In this document: one piece after another, positions 10,074 through 21,837 of the stretch
How positions within the stretch are numbered: position 1 is the first letter of the stretch
How the letters are laid out: every line of letters begins with the position of its first letter
Source: an uncultured bacterium
Lineage (GTDB): Bacteria; DYJV01
DNA length: 56,376 nucleotides
Assembly (NCBI GenBank): GCA_964492825.1
Contig: CAZBLP010000004.1
Location: forward strand, 1 to 56,376
Direction of reading: 5' to 3'
Translations under genes and position numbers: made by a program
Notes under the pieces: generated by a model
What the model was told of the DNA's origin: nothing
Databases searched by the model: none
The model's input: only the letters and a program-made list of their open reading frames with translations

Positions 10074-10616
10074 ATGAAAGAGAGACTTAAAGAGATTATT
10101 AAAAAATTTTCTTATGAAAAACGGGAAGTAACTCTGGCATCAGGCAGAAAAAGCAATTTCTACTTTGACGGCAAACAGACCACATTAAATGCAGAAGGTG
10201 CATATTTAGTTGGTAAATTAATGTTTGACATTATAAAAAATCTGCCTTTAAAAATTGATGCTGTTGGCGGCCCTACAATAGGTGCCGACCCAATAGCCAC
10301 CTCAATTGCCATTGTTTCACATCTTGAAAAAGAGCCTATAAATGCATTTATTGTTAGAAAAGAGCCTAAAGGACATGGCAAGAAACTTTGGATAGAAGGC
10401 AATAAAAACTTGATTAAGGGTAGTGTTGTTGCAATTGTTGAAGATGTTATTACTACAGGCGGTTCTATTTTAAAAGCAATAAAAATTGTTGAAAATGAAG
10501 GATATAAGATTGGCGCTGTTATTGTTTTAGTTGACAGAGAAGAAGGCGGCAAAGAAAATATTGAAAAAGCAGGATATAAATTATACTCTGTTTTGAAAAA
10601 AAGCGAAATTATTTAA
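10074..10616 (+). CDS. pyrE: orotate phosphoribosyltransferase
   Basis: TLASGRKSNFYFD, RKEPKGHG, IVEDVITTGGS PRPP motif. Confidence 0.95.
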   Translation: MKERLKEIIKKFSYEKREVTLASGRKSNFYFDGKQTTLNAEGAYLVGKLMFDIIKNLPLKIDAVGGPTIGADPIATSIAIVSHLEKEPINAFIVRKEPKGHGKKLWIEGNKNLIKGSVVAIVEDVITTGGSILKAIKIVENEGYKIGAVIVLVDREEGGKENIEKAGYKLYSVLKKSEII

Positions 10617-10837
10617 TATTAACATAAAAACAAATTTAAATTGAAAAATTTTAAAATAAGGTGAAATACCAAGTCCTAAGTCCTATTGATTTGCCAAAAG
10701 GTTGTTTTTTTACTCCAATATGCCTGTATAAAATCAAACAATACCTAATACCTATTTAAAAACAAAAGTTATTGGAAATTGATAAAGAATTGATAAAAAA
10801 TACTGTATAGATGTTTTAATTTAAAAAAGTAATATTT

Positions 10838-10853
10838 TGGCAACGGTATTGCT
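10838..10853 (+). promoter_or_regulatory. sigma-54 (-24/-12) promoter upstream of lpxC
   Basis: TGGCAACGGTATTGCT = GG-N10-GC with TGGCA and TTGCT boxes, about 50 bp before lpxC ATG. Confidence 0.7.
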
Positions 10854-10905
10854 TATCTATCATAAGAAAATCTGACTAAAACTGCAAAACAAAGGAAATT
10901 CAAAT

Positions 10906-11817
10906 ATGTATAAATACCAAACTACTATTGACCGTGTAGAAAAGTTTACAGGAATAGGCTTGCATAGTGGCAAGAATGTCACAGTAAAAATAGTTCCTGC
11001 ACCTGTTGATACAGGTATTATTTTTATTAGAGAAGATTTGGATAATTTTGAAATAGAAGCAAACCCTTTCAATGTTGTGGATACCACATTATGTACAACT
11101 TTAGGCAAAAACAATATTACAATCAAAACAATTGAGCATTTTTTATCAGCAGCAGCAGCAGCTGGTATAGATAATATGTATGTCTTTATTGATTCAGAAG
11201 AATTACCAATAATGGATGGTAGTGCAGCTCCTTTCCTATATATACTGAAAGAAGCAGGTATTAAAACTTTACACAAAAAGAAAAAATATATTAAAATTAA
11301 GAAAACCTTGAAAGTATTTTGTGAAGATAAGCAAGCATCTTTAGAACCTTCAGATGATTTCATTATATCTTTTCATCTTGATTATAATCATAAATTAATC
11401 AATAAGCAGTTTTATTCCATTAATTTTAGCAAAGAGTCGTATTTAGAGCATATTAGCAGAGCAAGGACATTTGGTTTTTTGCATGAAGTTGAAATGCTAA
11501 AAGCCAATAATCTTGCACTGGGCGGTTCTCTTGACAATGCAGTAGTTATTGATAAAGATAAAGTCCTAAATAAGGACGGATTAAGATACGAAGATGAATT
11601 TGTAAGGCATAAAATTTTAGATGCTTTAGGAGACCTTTATCTTCTTGGCCATCCTATTATTGGTCATTACAAAGGTATTAAAGCTGGTCATGCACTTAAC
11701 AATAGGCTTTGCAAAAAATTATTATCCCATAGGGAATATTGGGAATTTGCTGAAGCAAAAGAAACATATTCTGAGAAATTGCACCTTTTTGAAGAGTTAC
11801 AATTAGCATTTTGCTAA
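10906..11817 (+). CDS. lpxC: UDP-3-O-acyl-N-acetylglucosamine deacetylase
   Basis: GIGLHSG, TIEHFLSA, ELPIMDGSA, ARTFGF, RHKILDALGDL. Confidence 0.95.
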   Translation: MYKYQTTIDRVEKFTGIGLHSGKNVTVKIVPAPVDTGIIFIREDLDNFEIEANPFNVVDTTLCTTLGKNNITIKTIEHFLSAAAAAGIDNMYVFIDSEELPIMDGSAAPFLYILKEAGIKTLHKKKKYIKIKKTLKVFCEDKQASLEPSDDFIISFHLDYNHKLINKQFYSINFSKESYLEHISRARTFGFLHEVEMLKANNLALGGSLDNAVVIDKDKVLNKDGLRYEDEFVRHKILDALGDLYLLGHPIIGHYKGIKAGHALNNRLCKKLLSHREYWEFAEAKETYSEKLHLFEELQLAFC

Positions 11818-11818
11818 C

Positions 11819-12448
11819 ATGTCATCATTTCGTCAAAAATATTATAATTTCTTTTCAAAGTTTTATGATCATTTTATCAAATTACATTCTGGTGACAAAC
11901 AAGAAATTTTAAGAAAATTTTTTGTTAAACAACTTAGTCTGAAAAACAATAATAAAATCCTTGATATATGTTGCGGTACAGGTGCAACTACATACTATAT
12001 TTTTAAACAATTAGGCAACAATGGACTGATTGTAGGTCTTGATTTTTCACCTGGTATGGTAAAAAAAGCCAAGGAGAAATATCCTGAAATATCTTTTGTT
12101 ATAGGAGATGTTTCAAAACTACCGTTTAAACCTAACATTTTCCACAGAATAACCTGCACATTCGCTTTTTATGAATTAAAAGGTGGGAAAATAGAACAAA
12201 CTTTGCAAGAAATATTGAATCATTTAGATAAAAATGGTCAATTTTTTATGATGGAACATGAAGTTCCAAAAAGACCTTTTATAAGATTTCTGTTTTATAT
12301 TAGAATGATGTCAATGGGTTTTAGAAAAGCCTTTACTATTTTAAAAAATGAAAAAGAGTTATTTGAAAAATATTTTAAAAAAGTAGTAAAACTAACCTCT
12401 CCTTCCAAAAACTCCAAAATATGGAAATGTTACAAAAATGATAATTGA
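11819..12448 (+). CDS. class I SAM-dependent methyltransferase (UbiE/MenG-like fold)
   Basis: ILDICCGTG, GLDFSPGMV, GDVSKLPF. Confidence 0.8.
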   Translation: MSSFRQKYYNFFSKFYDHFIKLHSGDKQEILRKFFVKQLSLKNNNKILDICCGTGATTYYIFKQLGNNGLIVGLDFSPGMVKKAKEKYPEISFVIGDVSKLPFKPNIFHRITCTFAFYELKGGKIEQTLQEILNHLDKNGQFFMMEHEVPKRPFIRFLFYIRMMSMGFRKAFTILKNEKELFEKYFKKVVKLTSPSKNSKIWKCYKNDN

Positions 12449-13205
12449 TACCCATGCCCACATTGATGATAGTTGTTTTGATTTCAACAGAGAGGAAACA
12501 ATAGATAAATCTAAAAAAATTGGAATTGAGAAAATTATTAATCCTTCCATATCCACTGGAAATTTTAGCAAAGTAAAAAGTATAGGAGAGTTATTTAAAC
12601 CTGTTTTTACTGCCTATGGGATACATCCTCTTTGGGCAGATACTTTTAATCAATCTTCCATTGATATTATTGAAAATTACATAAAAAATGATAAAAAAGC
12701 AGTGGCTATTGGTGAAATAGGGGTGGATTTTAAATATGATACTCCTTTAAAAAACATTCAAATCAATTGTTTTAAAGAGCAAGTCAAACTGGCGGTGGAT
12801 TTGCAACTTCCTGTTTTAATACATTGCAGAAGAGCTGTTTTTAAAGTTTATGAAATTTTAAAAAAGTATTGGGATAAAAATATTCCGGCAATTATGCATG
12901 CTTATTCAGGAAGTGTTGAAATGGCCGAAAAATTTATTAATCTGGGATTTTTTATCTCAATTTCAGGGACAATTACATATCCTAATGCAAAAAAGCCTTT
13001 GTTAATTGCAAAAAAAATACCTATGACCTGCCTTGTAGTTGAAACAGATTCTCCTGATTTAACACCCCATAAGTATAAAGGTGAAAAAAACAAGCCTTTT
13101 TACATAAAAGAAATAATAAGAAAAATAGCTATATTAAAAAACACTTCTGAAGAAAAAACCGAAGAAATTATTTATAAGAACACTCTTTCTATTTTCGGAA
13201 AATAA
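12438..13205 (+). CDS. tatD: TatD family hydrolase
   Basis: IDTHAH, IGEIGVDF, LIHCR, MHAYSG, VETDSP. Confidence 0.9.
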   Translation: MIIDTHAHIDDSCFDFNREETIDKSKKIGIEKIINPSISTGNFSKVKSIGELFKPVFTAYGIHPLWADTFNQSSIDIIENYIKNDKKAVAIGEIGVDFKYDTPLKNIQINCFKEQVKLAVDLQLPVLIHCRRAVFKVYEILKKYWDKNIPAIMHAYSGSVEMAEKFINLGFFISISGTITYPNAKKPLLIAKKIPMTCLVVETDSPDLTPHKYKGEKNKPFYIKEIIRKIAILKNTSEEKTEEIIYKNTLSIFGK

Positions 13206-13233
13206 AAAAAGCAGGCAATTGCCTGCTTCTTTT
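13204..13233. terminator. bidirectional intrinsic terminator between convergent tatD and glnA
   Basis: perfect palindrome AAGCAGGCAATTGCCTGCTT flanked by an A-run and a T-rich run. Confidence 0.8.
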
Positions 13234-13234
13234 A

Positions 13235-14647
13235 TTAAATATCATAGTATAGTTCATATTCATGCGGATGCGGTCTCATTCTTACAGCATCTGCTTCTTT
13301 TTCTCGTTTGTATTCTATCCAGTCATTAATACATCTTTCTGTGAATACATCGCCTTTCATAAGAAAATCATGATCATTTTCAAGAGCGTCAAGTGCCTCT
13401 TCAAGAGAACCTGGAGTAGATGGAACATTTGCCAATTCTTCTGGTGACAATGAGTAAATATCCTTATCAAGAGCTTCTCCTGGATCCATTTTATTTTCAA
13501 TTCCATCAAGACCAGCCATTAGCATAGCTGCAAAAGCCATGTATCCATTAGCTGATGGGTCAGGGAATCTTACTTCTATTCTTTTTGCTTTTTCACTCAT
13601 TGAATACATAGGTATCCTAACAGCAGCACTTCTGTTTCTGCTTGAATATGCAAGATTAACAGGAGCTTCATAACCTGGAACTAATCTTTTGTATGAATTT
13701 GTTGTAGGGTTGGTAAAAGCACAAATAGCTTTCGCATGTTTCAATATACCTCCAATATACCACAATGCCTCTTTACTCATTCCACCATATTCATTACCTG
13801 CAAAAAGGTTTTTACCACCTTTCCAGATTGATTGGTGGGTATGCATTCCTGTACCATTGTCTCCAAAAAGTGGTTTAGGCATAAATGTAACTGTTTTACC
13901 GTTTCTCCATGCAACATTTTTGATAATATATTTAAACCACATTAATTTATCACCCATTTTAAGAAGCTCATCAAATCTCAAATCAATTTCAGCTTGTCCG
14001 GCTGTGGCAACTTCATGATGCTGACATTCAACATTCATTCCTAATTTCATCATTTCCATAACCATTTCATTTCTTAAATCCTGCAAACTGTCTGTTGGAG
14101 GTACTGGGAAATAGCCTTCCTTATATCTTGGCTTATATCCTAAGTTAGGATTTTCATCTCTTGCAGTATTCCATCTGCCTTCTACTGAATCAACTTCATA
14201 ATAACTTTTGTTCTGAGTAGTTATATATCTCACATCATCAAAAATAAAAAATTCTGGCTCAGGACCAAAAAAAGCCGTATCTCCAACACCTGTCGATTTT
14301 AAATAATTTTCAGCTTTTTTTGCAACATTTCTTGGATCTTTTTCATAGGCTTCCCTTGTAATAGGATCAACAATATCACAGATTAGGCTTAAAGTAGTAA
14401 CTTCAGTAAATGGGTCAATACAAGCTGTTGAAGGATCAGGTATAACAAGCATATCACTTGCATGAATTGGTTGCCATCCTCTAATACTTGAACCATCAAA
14501 TCCAAATCCATCTTCAAAAGAACCTTCATCAAGCTCAGAAAGGGGAACAGAAAAATGCTGCCACATTCCTACAAAATCTGTAAATTTTACATCTACCATT
14601 TTTACATCATTTTCTTTTGCAAAATTTAATACTTCTTTTGGTGTCAT
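13235..14647 (-). CDS. glnA: glutamine synthetase type I
   Basis: [52 protein letters not shown] adenylylation-site region. Confidence 0.97.
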   Translation of the reverse strand: MTPKEVLNFAKENDVKMVDVKFTDFVGMWQHFSVPLSELDEGSFEDGFGFDGSSIRGWQPIHASDMLVIPDPSTACIDPFTEVTTLSLICDIVDPITREAYEKDPRNVAKKAENYLKSTGVGDTAFFGPEPEFFIFDDVRYITTQNKSYYEVDSVEGRWNTARDENPNLGYKPRYKEGYFPVPPTDSLQDLRNEMVMEMMKLGMNVECQHHEVATAGQAEIDLRFDELLKMGDKLMWFKYIIKNVAWRNGKTVTFMPKPLFGDNGTGMHTHQSIWKGGKNLFAGNEYGGMSKEALWYIGGILKHAKAICAFTNPTTNSYKRLVPGYEAPVNLAYSSRNRSAAVRIPMYSMSEKAKRIEVRFPDPSANGYMAFAAMLMAGLDGIENKMDPGEALDKDIYSLSPEELANVPSTPGSLEEALDALENDHDFLMKGDVFTERCINDWIEYKREKEADAVRMRPHPHEYELYYDI

Positions 14648-14692
14648 AAAAACATCCTCCTTTTTTATTGTAATTTAAATCTATTCAAAAGA

Positions 14693-15037
<345 letters not shown>

Positions 15038-15077
15038 CTATCCCTCCACATATCAATCTATTAAACATTTTTTTAAC

Positions 15078-15093
15078 TACAAAATTCATGCCA
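15078..15093 (-). promoter_or_regulatory. probable sigma-54 promoter of glnB-glnA
   Basis: minus strand TGGCATGAATTTTGTA (GG-N10-GT, non-canonical -12), about 40 bp upstream of glnB. Confidence 0.55.
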
Positions 15094-15204
15094 CAACATT
15101 TAAAAAAATTTTTCTGCTAAATTCTGTTGAGCAAATGCCTATAACTTGGTACTTAACACATATTACACTATTATTAATATATATTTTAAATTATTGCAAG
15201 TAAG

Positions 15205-15247
15205 ACAAAAATGTTACAAAAAACAAAATTTAGTACAATTTTGTACT
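15205..15247. promoter_or_regulatory. putative tandem enhancer (UAS) sites for the adjacent sigma-54 activator
   Basis: perfect inverted repeat AGTACAA-TT-TTGTACT (15232-15247) and related ACAAAAATGT (15205-15214), 30 bp apart, 110-155 bp upstream of the -24/-12 site. Confidence 0.5.
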
Positions 15248-15299
15248 TTTATATAAATATTTCTTGTTTTTAATCTAATTTTATGGCATAATTTACGGT

Positions 15300-16802
15300 A
15301 TGAATATATATTTTGAAACCTTAAAACATATTAGCAATTTAATCAACGAAAATTTGGAATTTTCTACTATTTTATACAACGTACTTGAAATATTAGCAAA
15401 AAATGTAGGAATGGAACGTGGAATCATATCTGTTTACAGACAAGATCTTGAAGAAATTTTTGTTGATGTTGCCTATGGTATACCAAAGAAAAAAGGAAAA
15501 ATTTATTATAAGTTAGGCGAAGGAATAACAGGTCAAGTAGTATCTTCAGGCAGACCGGTTGCAGTACCTCATTTAGATCAGGAACCTCTTTTTTTAGATA
15601 GAACCGGTGCAAGAAAACATATTAACAGGTCAAAATTAGCCTTTATTTGCGTACCTATTAAATATGGTTTTGAAACTGTTGGCGCATTATCTGTTGATCA
15701 TGTTTCAAAAAATGTAAATCTCGATGTTGAAGTGAGATTTCTTGAAATTGTAGCTAATATGATAGCTTCCAAAGTTTATATAAGAAGAATACAGGAAGAA
15801 AATTACAAATTAAAAGAAACTATTAAACGACATAGTCCCATTGGAAGCATGATAGGCAATTCTGAAGCTATGAGAGAAGTATCATATTTAATAGCCCAGG
15901 TTGCAGAAACAGATTCCACTATTCTTATTACAGGCGAGACAGGTACAGGTAAAAGTCTTGCTGCTTATGAAATTCATTATCTAAGCAGAAGATCAAAAGG
16001 TCCGTTTATTAAGCTAAACTGCGGAGCAATACCAGAAAACCTTATTGAAAGCGAGCTATTTGGCCATGAAAAAGGCTCATTTACAGGAGCTGTTTCTAGA
16101 CAAATAGGCAAATTTGAAATTGCAAACGGAGGGACAATCTTTCTTGATGAAATAGGAGAGCTACCTATTTCTTTGCAATCTAAATTACTGAGAATCTTGG
16201 AAGAAAAGTGCTTTGAAAGAATTGGCAGTAATAAAACAATTTATACTGATGTTAGAATATTGGCTGCGACTAATAAAAACCTCGAAAAAGAAGTTGAAGA
16301 AGGAAGGTTCAGAAAAGATTTGTTTTACAGGTTAAATGTTTTTCCTATACATTTGCCTCCTCTGAGAGAAAGAGGCGCTGATATTATAATGTTGGCAGAT
16401 TATTTCACTCAAAAATTAAGCACCCAGCTAAAAAAAAATGTCTCTGGAATAGATAAATCAGCTATGGATATACTTCTGTCGTATAATTGGCCCGGAAATG
16501 TTCGTGAATTACAAAATTGTATAGAACGCGCAATACTACTTGACCGTGACGGAATTATAAAAGTTGACGATCTTCCGACTTATGTGAAACTTGAAAAAGA
16601 AGGCACTGTTAAATTTAACGGTAATTTTCAATATCTTGTCGAATCTTACGAGAAATCTTTGATTATCAGTGCATTAAAAGAAACAGAAGGCAATCAAACA
16701 AAAACTGCTCAAATATTAGGTACAACCAAAAGAATAATTCAATATAAAATTCAAAAATACAATATTGACTATACTAAATTTAAAACAAACTCTCAATTAT
16801 AG
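15300..16802 (+). CDS. NifA-like sigma-54-dependent activator (GAF-AAA+-Fis HTH)
   Basis: N-terminal GAF ([15 protein letters not shown]), [37 protein letters not shown]-terminal HTH. Confidence 0.9.
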   Translation: MNIYFETLKHISNLINENLEFSTILYNVLEILAKNVGMERGIISVYRQDLEEIFVDVAYGIPKKKGKIYYKLGEGITGQVVSSGRPVAVPHLDQEPLFLDRTGARKHINRSKLAFICVPIKYGFETVGALSVDHVSKNVNLDVEVRFLEIVANMIASKVYIRRIQEENYKLKETIKRHSPIGSMIGNSEAMREVSYLIAQVAETDSTILITGETGTGKSLAAYEIHYLSRRSKGPFIKLNCGAIPENLIESELFGHEKGSFTGAVSRQIGKFEIANGGTIFLDEIGELPISLQSKLLRILEEKCFERIGSNKTIYTDVRILAATNKNLEKEVEEGRFRKDLFYRLNVFPIHLPPLRERGADIIMLADYFTQKLSTQLKKNVSGIDKSAMDILLSYNWPGNVRELQNCIERAILLDRDGIIKVDDLPTYVKLEKEGTVKFNGNFQYLVESYEKSLIISALKETEGNQTKTAQILGTTKRIIQYKIQKYNIDYTKFKTNSQL

Positions 16803-16821
16803 TTAACAATAAAGTAAAATT

Positions 16822-18633
16822 CTATTCATAGAAAATTTTCAGTTGTTTACTTCTGTTGGGATGTCTGAGTTTCCTCAGGGCCTTAGCTTCAATTTGTCTT
16901 ATTCTTTCTCTTGTAACACTAAAATCTTTACCAACCTCTTCCAAAGTATGATCGTATTTTTCACCAATACCAAATCTCATTCTTAAAACTTTTTCTTCCC
17001 TTGGTGTCAATGTTGATAAAATTTTTCTTGTGGTTTCAGCAAGTGCTAAATTTATTGTAGCATTTGCAGGATTTATAACTCTTTTATCCTCAATAAAATC
17101 ACCTAAGATACTGTCTTCATCTTCTCCAATAGGAGTATCAAGAGAAACAGGTTCTTTGGATATTTTTAAAACCTTTCTTACTTTTTCCACAGGAAAATCC
17201 ATTTTTTCAGCAATTTCTTCTGCTGTTGGCTCTCTTCCAAGTTCTTGCACAAGACTCTTTGTAGTTCTTATAAGTTTATTTATTGTCTCTATCATATGTA
17301 CAGGTATCCTAATGGTTCTCGCTTGATCAGCTATTGCCCTTGTAATAGCCTGCCTAATCCACCATGTAGCATACGTACTAAATTTATATCCTCTCTGATA
17401 TTCAAACTTATCAACAGCTTTCATTAATCCAATATTGCCTTCTTGTACAAGATCTAAAAATTGCAATCCTCTATTTGCATACTTTTTGGCAATGCTAACA
17501 ACTAATCTCAAATTCGCTTTGACCAACTCGTTCTTTGCTTTTTCAGCTTTATTCTGAGTTTCTATAATTTCATAGTAAATTTTTTTGAATTCTTTTATTT
17601 CATAACCTGTTATTTTTTCAATTTCTTTAATTCTTTTTAAATATTCTGAATAACGCCTGGAGAATTCTTGAATTTTTTCAATATTAATATTAAACTTTGC
17701 ATACTTTTTTGCAACTTCCTCATTATGCAGGATATCATTAAATTTCTCTTTAATATCTGGAATAATTGTTTGAATCGAATCAATATTCCTCTCTATGGAG
17801 TTATATTCATTAACTAATTCTCTAAACCTATCAATAATTGAAGATAGCTGTTTGTTTTTAAGATTAATTGATTTAATAAGTTCAACAATTTTATTTGAGT
17901 TCTCTCTCATTTTTGCTTTTAAATCATTTTGCATATCTTCAGGAATATTTGTTTTCAGTTTCTCTTCAATTTCAATATTTTCATATTTTAATTCTTTTAT
18001 AGAATTTATAATTTCCAAGATTCTTGCAGTTTGCAAACGCTCTTCTTCTGACACAAACTCATAAACTTCACTATCCTCTTCAAAATGATAATTTTCCATC
18101 TCTTCTTCAATATCTCTTGTTACATCTCTAATACCGATTTTCTTGGTTTCTATTAATTTCTCCAATTCAAGAACTTGATCTGTGGTTAAAGGTGATCTGA
18201 TGATTTTTGAAACAATTATTTTCTCATTTTTTTCAATTTCTTTTGCAAGCTCAATTTCCTCCTCTTTTGACAAAAGAGGGATTTGTCCCATTTCTTTTAA
18301 ATATATTCTAATAGGTTCTGAAGTTCTGTAATTTGCATCATCAATAACAATTTTTTCTTCTAAATGTTCATCTTCTTCAGTATCCTGAGCAGTTGTATTT
18401 TCTTCCAAAATCTTTTTAGCTATTTTAATATTATTTTTTTTACCATCAATGATTTCTATATCCAACTCTTCCATTAATTCAATCATGTCTTCAATTTGTT
18501 CTGGATTAATATCAATAGGCAAAGAATTATTCAATTCTTCATAGGTTATAAAACCTTTTTCTTTTCCATACACAATTAATTGTTTTATTTCTTTTATTTT
18601 TCTTATATCAATTCCTTTTCTTGCAAGCTCCAT
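16822..18633 (-). CDS. rpoD: RNA polymerase sigma factor RpoD
   Basis: region 1.1/1.2, [48 protein letters not shown]. Confidence 0.97.
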   Translation of the reverse strand: MELARKGIDIRKIKEIKQLIVYGKEKGFITYEELNNSLPIDINPEQIEDMIELMEELDIEIIDGKKNNIKIAKKILEENTTAQDTEEDEHLEEKIVIDDANYRTSEPIRIYLKEMGQIPLLSKEEEIELAKEIEKNEKIIVSKIIRSPLTTDQVLELEKLIETKKIGIRDVTRDIEEEMENYHFEEDSEVYEFVSEEERLQTARILEIINSIKELKYENIEIEEKLKTNIPEDMQNDLKAKMRENSNKIVELIKSINLKNKQLSSIIDRFRELVNEYNSIERNIDSIQTIIPDIKEKFNDILHNEEVAKKYAKFNINIEKIQEFSRRYSEYLKRIKEIEKITGYEIKEFKKIYYEIIETQNKAEKAKNELVKANLRLVVSIAKKYANRGLQFLDLVQEGNIGLMKAVDKFEYQRGYKFSTYATWWIRQAITRAIADQARTIRIPVHMIETINKLIRTTKSLVQELGREPTAEEIAEKMDFPVEKVRKVLKISKEPVSLDTPIGEDEDSILGDFIEDKRVINPANATINLALAETTRKILSTLTPREEKVLRMRFGIGEKYDHTLEEVGKDFSVTRERIRQIEAKALRKLRHPNRSKQLKIFYE

Positions 18634-18651
18634 TGGGTGCTTTTCCTCCTG

Positions 18652-20361
18652 TTAATCTAATTTCTTTATTTCATTCAAAATATTCTTTTGTTCCTGAATT
18701 AATAAAATAACCGCATCTGTATTACTATTTTTTTCTTGTTCTTTTATTTGATTTGTTAAATTTTTTAATTTATTTTCAAAGTAATTCCTTTTCAATCTGT
18801 TAAATAACCGATTAATTTCTCTTTCATTTTTCAATATTTCTTCAAACTTATTATTTAGTGCTAAATATCTTAAGTAATACCTTTCTTCTTCGGAAAATTT
18901 ATCTGATTCTAAAATATCATTGAAACTCTTACCATCTTTTAATAGATTAACTAACTTCTTATACGTATTATTTTGAAAAAACTCAGGTTCTATTCTTTCT
19001 AAAAAAACATTATCCTTTAATACTATTCCAACAATTTCCTCTTCCAATTTTATTTTTACAGTTTCTGGTTTAGTGCTTTCAAAATATTTAGCAAATTTAG
19101 TGGATTTTGTAATATACCTTTTAACTTCATTATAATCTAAATTTAAAATTTCACTGCAACCCTTTATAAAATGGTCTTTGTATAGAGGGTTGTCAATATC
19201 AAAATATATTTTTTTTAGCCTATCCATTAATTTAATTCTATTTTCTAAATTTTTCAAGTCAATAGATGAAAAAATTATATTTTTTAAAAAATTCACAAGA
19301 TTATCAGCTTTATTCTTAATTTCCACAAAGTTCTCATAACCATTTTTATTAATAAAATCGTCAGGATCATTATTATTTGGCAAATAAATTATTTTAGGAT
19401 TTAAATCTTTGTTAATAGCAATTATTGAAGCTTTTATTGAGGCTCTTATACCTGCCTTGTCTCCATCATATAAAAAAATTATATTGTCAGTAAATCTTGT
19501 AATTAAATTTAACTGTTCTGCTGTAAAAGCCGTACCTAAAGTTGCTGCTACATTTTTTACATTATTGCTGTAGAGAGAAATTAAATCCATATAACCTTCA
19601 ACTATTATTACTTCATTTTCCTTTTTTACACTCTCTCTATTTTCAAACAATCCATACAAATTTTTTCTTTTATGATAAATTAACGAATCTGGTGAATTTA
19701 AATATTTCGGCTGAATTTTATTATTTAAAATTCTTCCTCCAAATGCAATAAATTCTCCTTTTAAATTTCTAATCGGAAAAATAATTCTGTCTCTGAACGT
19801 ATCGTAATAATTCTGTTCTTTTTTGATAATACCTATTTCACATGCTAATTTTAAATCTATATGTTTTTTTTTAAACTCTTTTATTAAAAATTGTGAATTT
19901 TCAGGAGCATATCCAATAAAAAATTTTTCTAAAACATCTTCTGTTAATTTTCTGTTTTTTATAAAATTTTTTACTTTATTTCTATTAATGTTATTTTTTA
20001 AACAGGAATGAAATATTTCTGCAGCTGTTTTTGTTATTTCAAAGAAATCATTTATTTTTGAACTTTCTTTAAAATCAAATTCCAAATTATAATCTTTAGC
20101 AAGTTTTACTGCAGCATCATAATAATCCAGCCCATTTATTTCACCAACAAACTTTATAACGTCTCCACCTTTACCACATCCGAAACAATGATAAATCTGT
20201 TTCTGAGGACTTACAATAAAAGAGGGCGTTTTTTCCGTGTGAAAAGGACATAAAGCTGTGAAATTTACACCACTTCTCTTTAAATTTACATATTGTGAAA
20301 CAACTTCAACAATATCTAAATGTTCTCTTATTTTTTCAAATGAAAAACTTTTTTTTGGCAT
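18652..20361 (-). CDS. dnaG: DNA primase
   Basis: CPFHTEKTPSF...YHCFGCG Zn finger, KYLNSP, VEGYMD, LYDGDKAG TOPRIM. Confidence 0.95.
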   Translation of the reverse strand: MPKKSFSFEKIREHLDIVEVVSQYVNLKRSGVNFTALCPFHTEKTPSFIVSPQKQIYHCFGCGKGGDVIKFVGEINGLDYYDAAVKLAKDYNLEFDFKESSKINDFFEITKTAAEIFHSCLKNNINRNKVKNFIKNRKLTEDVLEKFFIGYAPENSQFLIKEFKKKHIDLKLACEIGIIKKEQNYYDTFRDRIIFPIRNLKGEFIAFGGRILNNKIQPKYLNSPDSLIYHKRKNLYGLFENRESVKKENEVIIVEGYMDLISLYSNNVKNVAATLGTAFTAEQLNLITRFTDNIIFLYDGDKAGIRASIKASIIAINKDLNPKIIYLPNNNDPDDFINKNGYENFVEIKNKADNLVNFLKNIIFSSIDLKNLENRIKLMDRLKKIYFDIDNPLYKDHFIKGCSEILNLDYNEVKRYITKSTKFAKYFESTKPETVKIKLEEEIVGIVLKDNVFLERIEPEFFQNNTYKKLVNLLKDGKSFNDILESDKFSEEERYYLRYLALNNKFEEILKNEREINRLFNRLKRNYFENKLKNLTNQIKEQEKNSNTDAVILLIQEQKNILNEIKKLD

Positions 20362-20372
20362 TTTGACTCAGC

Positions 20373-20410
20373 ATAAAAGTATTTTACAGGGGTTCCTGTG
20401 CTACTTTTAT
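20373..20410 (-). terminator. possible hairpin/terminator between leuC and dnaG
   Basis: minus strand ATAAAAGTA-GC-ACAGG-AACC-CCTGT-AAAA-TACTTTTAT interrupted stem. Confidence 0.35.
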
Positions 20411-20412
20411 TA

Positions 20413-21675
20413 TTAAGATTTAATGTCTCCTGGATGAGTAATATATCCTGTAATAGCTGATGCTGCTGCTACAGCAGGATTTGATAAATAAACTTCACTT
20501 TCTGGATCACCCATTCTTCCCACAAAATTTCTGTTGCTGGTTGCAATAGCTTTTTCACCTTTGGCTAAAATGCCCATATGCCCTCCAAGACACGGCCCGC
20601 AGGTAGGTGTGCTTACAACTGCACCTGAATTTATAAATATTTCTATTAATCCTTCTTTTAGTGCATCCATATATATTTTCTGGGTAGCTGGAATAATAAT
20701 AACTCTGATATATTTTGCAACTTTATTTCCTTTCAAAATATCAGCTGCAATTCGTAAATCTTCCAATCTGCCATTAGTACATGAGCCTATAAATACTTGA
20801 TCAATTTTTATACCTTTAGCTTCTCTTACAGGCTTTGAATTTTCAGGAAGATGAGGAAAAGCAACCTGAGGTTCAATATCAGACACATCTATCTTAATAA
20901 CTTCGGAATAATTTGCATTTTCATCACTGCTAAAAAATTTATATGTTCTTTGGGCTCTACCCTTTACATATGCTTCAGTTATTGTGTCAGGCTCAATAAT
21001 ACCAGCCTTTCCACCTGCTTCAATAGCCATATTACACATTGTAAACCTAGCATGCATAGGTAATTTTTTAATTACTTCACCTGAAAATTCCATTACTTTA
21101 TAAAGTGCTCCGTCAACCCCTATTTTACCAATAGTATATAAAATTAAATCTTTACCATCAACCCATTTTTGCAATTTACCATTATACATAAATTTTATTG
21201 TTTCAGGTATTTTAAACCATGCTTTGCCACCTATCATAGCTGCTGCAAAGTCAGTACTGCCAACACCTGTTGCAAAAGCACCAAGTGCACCGTATGTACA
21301 TGTATGACTGTCAGCTCCTATTACTATATCACCTGGTACAACAATACCTTTTTCAGGCAGAAGTGCATGTTCAACCCCTACATCACCTAATTCAAAATAA
21401 TATTTCAAGTTGTGTTTTTTTGCAAAATCTCTCAATATTTTGACCTGGTTAGCTGAATTTATATCTTTATTTGGAGTAAAATGGTCAGGTACAAGAACAA
21501 TTTTATCTTTATTATATATTTCTCCCTTATATAATTCTTCAAACCTTTTAATTGCAATTGGAGCTGTAATATCATTTGCCAAAGCTATATCTATTTCCAC
21601 CTCCACAAATTCTCCTGGCTTAACAACCCTGCCAGCTCTTTCTGAAAAAATTTTTTCAGTAACTGTCAACCCCAT
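20413..21675 (-). CDS. leuC: 3-isopropylmalate dehydratase large subunit (LeuC/HacA type)
   Basis: DHFTP, GADSHTCTYGA, IGSCTNGR, CGPCLGGHMG, SNRNFVGRMG. Confidence 0.9.
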   Translation of the reverse strand: MGLTVTEKIFSERAGRVVKPGEFVEVEIDIALANDITAPIAIKRFEELYKGEIYNKDKIVLVPDHFTPNKDINSANQVKILRDFAKKHNLKYYFELGDVGVEHALLPEKGIVVPGDIVIGADSHTCTYGALGAFATGVGSTDFAAAMIGGKAWFKIPETIKFMYNGKLQKWVDGKDLILYTIGKIGVDGALYKVMEFSGEVIKKLPMHARFTMCNMAIEAGGKAGIIEPDTITEAYVKGRAQRTYKFFSSDENANYSEVIKIDVSDIEPQVAFPHLPENSKPVREAKGIKIDQVFIGSCTNGRLEDLRIAADILKGNKVAKYIRVIIIPATQKIYMDALKEGLIEIFINSGAVVSTPTCGPCLGGHMGILAKGEKAIATSNRNFVGRMGDPESEVYLSNPAVAAASAITGYITHPGDIKS

Positions 21676-21837
21676 GTTTTTCTCCTGTAATTTTTATATT
21701 ATACAACGCAAATTAATAAAAAATTCGAAATTCGAAACAAATCTGAATTACCAAACAACCAAACAAAAAATTACTATAAATAACCTTTTTTTATTTTTCA
21801 TCATTCAAAACTATTTTCTATAGACTAACGACTTTGA

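Noticed and set aside
15284-15299. TGGCATAATTTACGG as a sigma-54 promoter for the activator
   Set aside because: No GC at -12 and it abuts the start codon.
15300-16802. nifA as proof of nitrogen fixation
   Set aside because: No nif structural genes and no TGT-N10-ACA site seen in the window; only the domain architecture is NifA-like.
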